Of a stretch of 64,000 nt of DNA, positions 56,201 to 63,064 are shown piece by piece. The position numbers were made by a program, and so were the translations under genes. The DNA is from Anaerolineae bacterium (GTDB taxonomy: Bacteria > Chloroflexota > Anaerolineae > Epilineales > Epilineaceae), in assembly GCA_029262755.1 (NCBI GenBank), contig JAJCYU010000008.1:114-64113 (forward strand), written 5' to 3'. Within the stretch, counting starts at the first letter, position 1; the number at the start of each line of letters is the position of its first letter. The notes beneath the pieces were generated by a model. That model was not told where the DNA came from. It saw only the letters and a program-made list of their open reading frames with translations, and ran no database searches.

Positions 56201-57467
56201 CGTGGCGGATGAGGTGGCCTTTGCCATGGAGCGGCAGGGGTGGCCGCGGGCGCGGATGGAGCGTGAGGTCCGCGCGGCGTTGCATCGCGTGGGGCTGGTG
56301 GGCTTCGAGGCCAGGCGGCTCGCTACGCTCTCGGGCGGGGAACGGCAGCGGGTGGCCGTCGCCGCGGCTATGGCGGCCGGGGCGGAGGTGCTCGTGCTCG
56401 ACGAGCCGACATCGCAGCTGGACGACGAAGCGGCCGCAATCGTGTTGGACGCCGTGCAGCGTCAGGCCGAGGCGGGCGTCACGGTGCTCGTGGCCGGGCA
56501 CCGGGCGGCACGGCTTGCGCCCCGGGCGACACGGGCGCTGAGGCTCGCGCGCGGGCGGGCGGAGATCGTGGATCCGTTGGCGCTCGCAGCGCGAATGGAG
56601 GTGGAAGAGCGAGAGCTGCTGGATGCCGTGCGCGGGGCGCGTGGTCGGGCTTCCGTGAAGACCGTAGATCGCGAGGCCGTGGAAGATGCGGTCGACGGGC
56701 TATGGGGGCGTGACGCGGACAGGTCGTCGCTTCCGCAGGCCGCGGCCCGCGGCGCCGGTGCGTCGTCGCCCGCCGAGGTAGCGGATCGTGATGCGGTCGT
56801 GCTGCTGCGGGACGTGACCTTTGCCTGGCCGGCCGCGGATGGAGAGGCAGAGCGCCTCGTGTTGGATGGGGTGAACCTTCACGTGCGGCCGGGGGAAGTC
56901 GTGGCGTTGGCGGGGGCGAGCGGAGCGGGAAAGACGACGTTGCTGCGCATCGTGCTTGGGCTGCTCGCTCCACGGTCCGGCGACGTGCTCGTTCAAGGCC
57001 GGCCCGTGACGGGAGGCGCCGCGGGCGTGATCGGACGGATCGTCGGCTACGTGCCGCAGCATGCGGCGACGATGATGTTGACCAGCAGCGTTCGCGAAGA
57101 GCTGCGCCTTACGCGCCGCGGCCATGGCCTTCCCGAGGCCGAAGACCGCGGGGCGATCGACGCGTTGCTCGAGCGGCTGAGGCTGGGTGAGCTAGCCGAG
57201 CGCGACCCCCGTGACCTGAGCACGGGGCAGCGGCAGCGGGTGGCCGTAGCGGCTAGCGCCGCGGGCCGGCCGGCGGCGCTGCTATTGGACGAGCCGACGC
57301 GCGGGCTCGACACGGCGGCGCTTGCCGCGGTTCTACGGGAGCTGCACGACGTGGCCGCGGAGGGAACGGCAGTGCTCGTCGCGAGCCATGACCGCCGCGT
57401 CCAGCAGGCGGCGCATCGGATCGTGACGCTGCGCAAGGTCGGCGACGATCTTGGGCTGGTGCGCTGA
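53229..57467 (+). CDS. Single 1412-aa ORF that appears to fuse all ECF-transporter modules: S-component-like membrane domain, EcfT-like transmembrane domain, and two ABC ATPase domains (EcfA-EcfA'), joined by tandem-repeat linkers. Candidate cobalamin ECF importer (CbrT/CbrV/CbrU-like)
   Basis: S-like region: GPKAVALLGALAALMAALRVV...FALMVLAGYGLGARFGFLAGVLG. T-like region: LEQATELAESMAARGLVDARAPS. ATPase 1: GSSGAGKSTLLRTV...LSGGERQRVAVAAAMAAGAEVLVLDEPTSQLD. ATPase 2: GASGAGKTTLLRIV...LSTGQRQRVAVAASAAGRPAALLLDEPTRGLD. There is no in-frame stop for 4.2 kb. The start (TTG at 53229) is uncertain. Confidence 0.6.
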   Translation: MVAADGLRAGGAGAAEGSIAPRRAVARSSGGWGAGLPLVGVSVVAAAAIAWPFWVPLAAGAAERLAGEGGSALGPYLDGAGAAATASWAGPLLLVLCALVLVREAAVGMGPKAVALLGALAALMAALRVVETIVPGPGGFSPVFALMVLAGYGLGARFGFLAGVLGMTVSALATGGVGPWLPYQAIAAGWVGGTSGLLPGAGGEGRRRDVSRRRLLWLAAFAAAWGFGYGLVLSLWGWTWLEGGAAAGPEGALGWVASRAAMARFGLFYLGLSLGWDAFRAVGNAALVLAVGGPVLAALWRMKRWLSVGVVEGDGVDGSDVVDESDVVDEGDVVIESDVVDESDVVVESDVVVASNAVDGNRAVDGNRVVDGNRVVGARYNEPNASSAVSALSGPAPAVVWVAWVVAVAVVASVTRNPWILALAWLVVEVVRAAVARGAAAPFSVARMAPWMIGLAAVYNLVLSRSGETVLLRVPAAWPVVGGAWTGEALVYGASTGLALVVLVAAFVTLQVAVSPRDLVALAPRAFAGPAIVTAVALSWLPALHTRWNEAAEARALRGFGERGPRAWLALLGPVIVGSLEQATELAESMAARGLVDARAPSLARRWAAGVGLAIVAVGLLGPWAESLVRWAMIGVGIALLAAGLRGGAGAGPRPTRLRGGRWRKRDVVVLAAVLGALLLVLLVPSVAIATRWQPYPRLSWPPAPALAVLAVTLLVAPAVGARLRVRGPIGRETGRRPRGARRKAEGEGTRASDGRYAESAGGTDRRSRLQSERLLAKRVQAEGVQAARVSRGSGGVATSVERALGDRSLGDRSGGDWESAEKASVETKSVERASSYKTSVAKPNVGLGPEIRWSDVRVRYPADSADSADGADGADGADGADGADGADGADGADGVGGVGGADAAWGSAVLDGVDARALAGAWTWVAGSSGAGKSTLLRTVNGLVPHFTGGRIEGAVRVGAHDPIRTGPAGMSRVVGFVAGDPEARSIATHVADEVAFAMERQGWPRARMEREVRAALHRVGLVGFEARRLATLSGGERQRVAVAAAMAAGAEVLVLDEPTSQLDDEAAAIVLDAVQRQAEAGVTVLVAGHRAARLAPRATRALRLARGRAEIVDPLALAARMEVEERELLDAVRGARGRASVKTVDREAVEDAVDGLWGRDADRSSLPQAAARGAGASSPAEVADRDAVVLLRDVTFAWPAADGEAERLVLDGVNLHVRPGEVVALAGASGAGKTTLLRIVLGLLAPRSGDVLVQGRPVTGGAAGVIGRIVGYVPQHAATMMLTSSVREELRLTRRGHGLPEAEDRGAIDALLERLRLGELAERDPRDLSTGQRQRVAVAASAAGRPAALLLDEPTRGLDTAALAAVLRELHDVAAEGTAVLVASHDRRVQQAAHRIVTLRKVGDDLGLVR
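54171..54357. repeat. 18-bp perfect tandem repeats (GACGAGAGCGACGTGGTC-like ×6, then GACGGGAACCGCGYGGTC ×3), in-frame in the linker between the S-like and T-like modules
   Basis: Encodes DVVDESDVVDEG... and VDGNRAVDGNRVVDGNRVV. Confidence 0.75.
55815..55935. repeat. 9-bp perfect tandem repeat (GCGGACGGT/GCGGACAGT ×~12), in-frame linker before the first ATPase domain
   Basis: Encodes ADSADSADGADGADGADGADGADGADGADG. Confidence 0.75.
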
Positions 57468-57724
57468 TCACGCGGATTCGTGCGAGTCGCGAGGTGCGTG
57501 GGAAGCGCGACAAGAGGGCGCGCGGGGGCGCGATCGTGCGCGCATGCCGCATTTTCCGAGGCGCACCAGGTAAACAGAACCCGGTGCTTTACCAAGTTCG
57601 GCGGCGTGTTTCCGCGATGAAGCGCTTGCTTGCGACCGTGCCGCTACCGCCAAGTAACCGGTCTGATACGTTCTGTTAACCTCGGAGACGGTATTTTCGC
57701 GCCGCCGCCTCTTATAATGCCTCT

Positions 57725-57852
57725 CGCATCTTGTCCTCACGGCGGGGGCGCCGCCTTCACGGCGCGCCTTCGTCGTTTAAGGCGAAAGTATCGACCCATC
57801 CCGGCGAATGACCCGCTCCTCAACGGGTCGACCGCCGGGATGGGTCTTTTTT
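57725..57852 (+). ncRNA. Candidate small RNA: TATAAT -10 box (57713–57718) followed ~130 nt later by a strong intrinsic terminator, in a locally AT-rich region
   Basis: cttataatgc, then gacccatcccggcg...cgccgggatgggtc + tttttt. Confidence 0.35.
57793..57852 (+). terminator. Rho-independent terminator: 14-bp perfect stem with a nested inner hairpin, followed by T6
   Basis: gacccatcccggcg aatgacccgctcctcaacgggtcgac cgccgggatgggtc tttttt. Confidence 0.7.
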
Positions 57853-58294
57853 CGGCGCAAAACGCGCCGTAGCGAGCTGAGCTCGGCGTGAAATCCCGCT
57901 CGCCGGCGGCCTTGGATCACCCGTGTTTCGGAGACCCGTGGCCATCGTCACGCGGCGCGAATAGGCGGGTCACAGCGCGTAAGAAGCACGTCTCGATACG
58001 CGTCTATATATTATACCGCGATGGCGTGCTTGCCCTCGACGGGTGATCTCGGCTCGGCGTCCACTCCCATCTCGAGACACACCTCCCCGCATTACCCCCT
58101 CGTCGTTTCTTTCCTCACCCTCACCCTCATTCCCACCCTCCATCCGATCGAGCCTGTGCTCCGGTTCCCGTGTTCACGCGGAAGCCGGGTTGCGGCGTTC
58201 GGTCCCCAGCGCGGTGTTCGCGCACCCCATGCCATGTCGCATCGCCCGAGAGGTCTCGGGCGCAAACCGTAGGAGCAAGACCTTCTTCACCACG

Positions 58295-59182
58295 ATGGAT
58301 CGACGTTGGACGTCCACCCCCTCACCCATTCAGGCCCCCACCGTGCGTGACGCCAGCCGGCGCGCACGGTACTTGGGAGCTGCCTTGTCCGTGCTTGCGT
58401 TCAGCCATCTGGCGGCCTGGAGTTTCGGCTCGTTGCCGCATAGCGCCGCCAACGACGCGGCGCGCATCGAGGCCGCCGCGCGTGGCACCGCCGTGGCGAT
58501 GGTTGCCACAGCCATCGCGCCAGCCGGGCCGTCCGGCGCCATCGCGTCAAACGCCGGTCTCGGCGTCTCGGGCGCGGCTAGCACTTCGTCCCTGCCCACC
58601 ACCATCGACATCGCTTGGCTGCCCGACACGGTGCAGGTGTGGGAGGAGCGGCTCGTTGCGGCCGGCGCGCGTTGGCGTGTCGACCCGGCGTTGCTTGCAA
58701 TCGTGATGCTCGTTGAATCCGGCGGCAATCCGGCCGCACGAAGTCCCGCCGGCGCCGTCGGCCTGATGCAGGTCATGCCGGCGACGGCAGGCGATATCGC
58801 ACGACTGCGCGGCCTCGCTGCGCTCTCCAGTCGGCAGCTTGTCGATCCGGAGACCAATATCGAGTTCGGCGCCTGGTACCTGGCGCGGCAGTTGGCCAGC
58901 TTCGGCTCCGCGGACGATCCCGATTGGCAACGCTCGGTGGAGCTTGCGGCCGTCGCGTACAACGGCGGCCCCGGCAGCGCTGCGTCGTGGCAACGTGGCG
59001 GCTACGTGCCCGCAGAGGCGCGTCGATACCGGGTCTGGGTTGGCGGCATGTGGTCCGAGAGGGCCCTGCCGACGTCCCCGACCTACGCACGCTGGCTCGA
59101 CGCCGGTGGCGCCTACCTTGTCGATCGAGCGCGATCCGTGCTCGACCCGGCGAATGGGGGCACGACGTTGGCGAGCGGGTGA
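58295..59182 (+). CDS. Lytic transglycosylase (SLT-domain) with an N-terminal membrane/signal segment
   Basis: VESGGNPAARSPAGAVGLMQVMPATA is the SLT catalytic motif. Hydrophobic LGAALSVLAFSHLAAWSF. AGGAG lies upstream; the annotated ORF extends further upstream through implausible sequence. Confidence 0.7.
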   Translation: MDRRWTSTPSPIQAPTVRDASRRARYLGAALSVLAFSHLAAWSFGSLPHSAANDAARIEAAARGTAVAMVATAIAPAGPSGAIASNAGLGVSGAASTSSLPTTIDIAWLPDTVQVWEERLVAAGARWRVDPALLAIVMLVESGGNPAARSPAGAVGLMQVMPATAGDIARLRGLAALSSRQLVDPETNIEFGAWYLARQLASFGSADDPDWQRSVELAAVAYNGGPGSAASWQRGGYVPAEARRYRVWVGGMWSERALPTSPTYARWLDAGGAYLVDRARSVLDPANGGTTLASG

Positions 59183-59534
59183 GCGTGCGCGGGTGATCGC
59201 ACACGTCACGTCGATTGCGCGTGACACGTTGATCTTGCGCTTTGCGTCGATTGCACGCTTCACGTCGATTGCGCGGCCAACCTGGTCGCCTTCGGCGCGG
59301 CGATCGCCGCAAGCTCGTCAGGCGCTACGGGGGTGAGAGCTGCCTCCGCCGCATCCCCCACCTCCGCGATCGGAGCTGGATCCACCACCGCGCGGGGCGC
59401 GGGCCTTCGGGCTCGCGCCCCGTTTGTTGTTGGGTCGTGCGGGCTAGGCGCATGGACCGGGCACGCGTTCGCGAGGGAGCACGCACGGTCTCACGACTGC
59501 CGGGCAGCCCGCAAGCTGATTCCGCTCCCCCGTC

Positions 59535-62051
59535 CTACTTCGGCCCGTTGGGTCCGTAGCGGTCCAAGAACAACATGCGTGCCGTGAGCGGGATATAGAT
59601 CGATTCCGGCGGCGGTGGGGCGATCGTCGGGATTGCGGTCGGGCGCGTCGGTGCCGGCGTCGGCGTGACGGGCGTTGGGGTGGGGCCGGTTGCGGTCGGG
59701 GTGGGGGTAGGGACCGTCGGCGTGACGCGGGGAGTCGGGCTTGCGGGGGGGAGCAGCGAGGGTAGGAGGTCGCTCCAGCCCCAGGCGATCACGAAGGCGC
59801 CGCCGTCGCGGGTGCCGCGGACGTCGTAGCCGGGCTCGGCGGCAACGAGGTCGGGTGCGCCGTCCGCGTTTAGGTCCGCGATGGCGAGGGCGTCGCCCAG
59901 GCGTAGGTTGGCTTCCAGGCCTTCGCGCAGCGGCCACATCTCCGCGCCGATGGCGTGGGCCCTTCGTAGACGAGGACCCGATGGGGAGCCGGGGACGACG
60001 TAGAGTGCGCCCGCGGCGGGTTGGCGGTCGCGCGACATGTCCGGCGCGCCGACGACGAGCTCGGGGAACGTGTCGCCGTCCAGGTCGCCGGCGGCGAGCG
60101 CGCTGCCGAAGGCCGTGCGAGGACCGGGGGCGTCGGGGAAGGCGGGCAGGTCCTGATGCACGAGCATGGTGCGCGCGTGGTCGATGCCATCTGGGGAGCC
60201 GAAGAGGACGAGCACGTCGCCCGCTTCGCGCGCGCCCGAAACGGACGCGCCGGGCGAGGCGATGACGAGGTCCGCGAAGCGGTCGCGGTCGAAGTCGGTC
60301 GCGAGCAGGCGGCCGCCGAAGTGGCCGTTGCGTTCGGCGGAGCCGGGCAGGTCGTCCACGTCGCGGCTGAGCTCCGTCACGCGATCGACGAGCAAGGTGT
60401 TGGTCACGCCCTCGCCGGCGCTGTAGGCCAGGAGCACGATGCCCGCGCCGCGTGCGCTGCCGGCGATGCCGTCCGGCGCGCCGACGACGAGATCGGCCAG
60501 GCTGTCGCCGTCCACGTCGGCCAGGGCGAGGGTGGTGCCCAGGCCCTCGCTGGCAACCGGGTCGCCGGGGATCGTTTCGGGTTCGCGGTCGAACTGCAGG
60601 GAGCCGACGAGCAACGGGCCGGCATCGAGGCGGCCGGGCAGCACGTAGACGCGGCCCGCACCGTTGCGCCTGGCGACGTTGGCGCCCGGGGCGCCTGCCG
60701 CCAGGTCGTCGATGCCGTCGCCGTTGAAGTCGCCGACCGCGAGGGATGCGCCTAGCCGGTCACCCGGACTGGCCGGGGGGCCGAAGGGGCGAGGCTGTCC
60801 GAGGAGGCCGCCGGCGGCGCCCTCCCACAACCAGAGGCCGCCTGCGTCGTTGCCCGCCCGGTCGGAGCGGGGGGTGCCGATCACGAGGTCGTCGTAGTCG
60901 TCGCCGTTGAAGTCGCCGACGGTCAACACGGCGCCCCATTGCAGATCGACCTCGCTGCCCGGGCTCTGTTGAATGGCGCCGGGGAACGCGCGCCCGCCGC
61001 GTACGACGCTCAGCCAGCCGCCGACCGAGGCCGCCTCGTCGTCTAGGACGGAGGCTACCGCCAGGTCGGGAACGAGGTCGCCGTTGAAGTCGCCCACGGC
61101 CAGCGTCTCGGCGAAGCCCTGCTGGGGCAGCACGGGCCGGCCGACGTCGGTGCGCACGTAGGTGCGCGGGGTCCAGGCGAGGGACCATGCGGCGGCGGGC
61201 CAGCGTGCCACCGCGATCTCGACGGCGTCGAGCAGCGCCGCGTCGTGCAGGGCGCGCTCGTCGGGGACGGCGAAGACCGCAAGCGCAAGGCCCGCCGCCT
61301 GCGCGTCGCGGATCTCGGCGACGTCCTGCTCGGAGTCCAGACGCCCGTCGGCCAGGTCCAGCGCGATGCCCTCAGCGCCGGCCGTGCTCGCCTTGTCCCA
61401 GTCGGAAGGTGTGCGCAGCACGAGCCAGCGATCTGCCGCGGGGAGGCCGGCGGCCAGGGCGGCGAGCGTGCTCAGGTTGGCGGTGGCGAAGCGAACGCGG
61501 TTGCCGGCGCCCGCCGCGGAGACGGCCGCGAGCACGGCGGCCGGGTCGACGCCTTCGCGCAGGTGGAGCGTAAGTGCCAGCGGATCGGCCGGGTCGCCCG
61601 CGGTGGCGGCGAGCGCCTCGGCGAGGCGCGGCACGGTCTCGCCGGCGAAGGCGATGCCGAACCATGCGCCGGCGTCGCAGCGCTCGATCTCGGACATCGG
61701 GCGTTCGATAACGAGGCCCGTGCAATCGGTCGTGCGGTCGAGGGACTCGTCGGCCAGCAGCAGCGGGACGCCGTCCGCGCTGGCGCGCACGTCGAGCCAG
61801 GCGCGGTTGGTTCCCTCGTCGCGCGCGGCGCGTAGGGCGGCTAGCGTGTTTTCCGGCGCTTCGGAGGACAGGCCTCGCCACGCGGACAGGCGCGCGACAT
61901 CCGGATGGTCGCGTGGGCCCGCCGCGACACGGCTGCGCAGCACGGGGGCGAGCATCGCCAGCAGGGCCAGCAGCAGCGCGAAATGAATGGCGCGCAGCGG
62001 CGTACAGCGCGCCGCGGCGAAACGCGGACGGCGCGGGAAGAGGCGGCTCAC
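59535..62051 (-). CDS. Secreted glycerophosphodiester phosphodiesterase (GDPD) domain protein with multiple FG-GAP (integrin-alpha-like) repeats and a C-terminal PT-rich linker
   Basis: GDPD N-terminal region HPDVARLSAWRGLSSEAPENTLAALRAA. FG-GAP repeats VGDFNGDGIDDL, VGDFNGDDYDDL, ADVDGDSLADL, GDLDGDTFPEL. Signal LLLALLAMLAPVL. Confidence 0.75.
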   Translation of the reverse strand: MSRLFPRRPRFAAARCTPLRAIHFALLLALLAMLAPVLRSRVAAGPRDHPDVARLSAWRGLSSEAPENTLAALRAARDEGTNRAWLDVRASADGVPLLLADESLDRTTDCTGLVIERPMSEIERCDAGAWFGIAFAGETVPRLAEALAATAGDPADPLALTLHLREGVDPAAVLAAVSAAGAGNRVRFATANLSTLAALAAGLPAADRWLVLRTPSDWDKASTAGAEGIALDLADGRLDSEQDVAEIRDAQAAGLALAVFAVPDERALHDAALLDAVEIAVARWPAAAWSLAWTPRTYVRTDVGRPVLPQQGFAETLAVGDFNGDLVPDLAVASVLDDEAASVGGWLSVVRGGRAFPGAIQQSPGSEVDLQWGAVLTVGDFNGDDYDDLVIGTPRSDRAGNDAGGLWLWEGAAGGLLGQPRPFGPPASPGDRLGASLAVGDFNGDGIDDLAAGAPGANVARRNGAGRVYVLPGRLDAGPLLVGSLQFDREPETIPGDPVASEGLGTTLALADVDGDSLADLVVGAPDGIAGSARGAGIVLLAYSAGEGVTNTLLVDRVTELSRDVDDLPGSAERNGHFGGRLLATDFDRDRFADLVIASPGASVSGAREAGDVLVLFGSPDGIDHARTMLVHQDLPAFPDAPGPRTAFGSALAAGDLDGDTFPELVVGAPDMSRDRQPAAGALYVVPGSPSGPRLRRAHAIGAEMWPLREGLEANLRLGDALAIADLNADGAPDLVAAEPGYDVRGTRDGGAFVIAWGWSDLLPSLLPPASPTPRVTPTVPTPTPTATGPTPTPVTPTPAPTRPTAIPTIAPPPPESIYIPLTARMLFLDRYGPNGPK

Positions 62052-63064
62052 GGGCGATGCGCTCCGTCGGCGGGGGACGAGGGTGGGGGTGTGGAGGTGG
62101 GTGTGGGGGTGGAGGTGGAGGTGGGTGTCGGTGTGGCAGTGGTCGCGGGTGTAGGAGCGGTGGTCGCGGGTGTGGCCGCGATCGTGGGCGTCGTTGTGCC
62201 CTTGGCGGAAGGTGTGACTGGGCTGGTGGTCGTTGGGTTGCCCGGAGTCGAGAATTCGGTTGCTGCTCCTGCTCCAACGCCTACGCCTACGCCTACGCCT
62301 ACTATGCGCGGTCCATGGTCGTCTGGTGGGAGCGGGTCACCGGCGAGCGACGGCGGGTGGTCCAGCACGGGGCCGTCGGCGCATAGCAGGTGGCCGTGGC
62401 CGTCGTGCTCGCAGCTGCCGCAGATGCCGATGCCGCAGCGCATATATGCCTCCCACGATAGCTGGGCGGGGATGCCGGCCGGCGCGCAGGCGGCGGCGAG
62501 GGCGGCCAGCATCGGATGGGGGCCGCAGGCGTAGAGCGTGTCCGGTGGATCCTGGTTGAGCCACGGCGTAACCACGTCCGTGACGCGGCCGCGGGTGCCG
62601 GCGCTGCCGTCGTCGGTGCTGAGATGCAGCTCGGCGCCGGCGGCGCGCGTGGCGTCCACGAGCAGCAGCTCCTCGGCGTTGCGGGCGCCGATCACGCTGC
62701 GCACGCGGTGGCCCTCGGCGCGGAGCCGGCGTGCGAGCAGCAGCATCGGCGCGACGCCGTAGCCGCCGCCGACCAGGACGTGGTCCGTGCCGATAGGGCG
62801 AAACGGGCGGCCGAACGGGCCGCGCCACCAGACGGTGTCGCCCGGTGCGAGGCGGGCGAGGGCGCGCGTGAAGGGGCCGACGGCGGCGATCGTGAAGCGG
62901 AGGGGAGCGTGGTCGAGCAGGCTGAAGGGCTTCTCGTCGAGGCCGGGCAGCCAGAGCATCGCGAACTGTCCGGGAGCCGCCGGCGTGGAGGCGTCGAGCG
63001 TGTAGGTGCGGGTGCGGGCGTTTTCCTGTTCGATAGACAGGATGCGCGCTGGCTGGGGCCTCAT
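62048..63064 (-). CDS. pyrK: Dihydroorotate dehydrogenase electron-transfer subunit (PyrK-like FAD/[2Fe-2S] protein) with an unusual ~100-aa PT/GV-rich C-terminal extension
   Basis: ILSIEQENARTRTYTL...LWLPG...CGIGICGSC (2Fe-2S Cys cluster). ATGA overlap with pyrD. The tail GVGVGVGVGAGA...TPTPTSTSTPTPT is encoded by hexanucleotide repeats. Confidence 0.7.
   Translation of the reverse strand: MRPQPARILSIEQENARTRTYTLDASTPAAPGQFAMLWLPGLDEKPFSLLDHAPLRFTIAAVGPFTRALARLAPGDTVWWRGPFGRPFRPIGTDHVLVGGGYGVAPMLLLARRLRAEGHRVRSVIGARNAEELLLVDATRAAGAELHLSTDDGSAGTRGRVTDVVTPWLNQDPPDTLYACGPHPMLAALAAACAPAGIPAQLSWEAYMRCGIGICGSCEHDGHGHLLCADGPVLDHPPSLAGDPLPPDDHGPRIVGVGVGVGVGAGAATEFSTPGNPTTTSPVTPSAKGTTTPTIAATPATTAPTPATTATPTPTSTSTPTPTSTPPPSSPADGAHRP
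62278..62303. repeat. (CCTACG)n hexanucleotide microsatellite inside the pyrK 3' extension; flanked by GT-rich (PT-coding) repeats 62085–62215
   Basis: cgcctacgcctacgcctacgccta. Confidence 0.7.

Noticed and set aside
57470-58294. Searched AT-rich region and other intergenic gaps for tRNA, tmRNA, RNase P and SRP RNA
   Set aside because: No GTTCGAATC-type T-loops, no tmRNA or RNase P conserved boxes seen. No structural RNA gene could be supported beyond the riboswitch and sRNA candidates.
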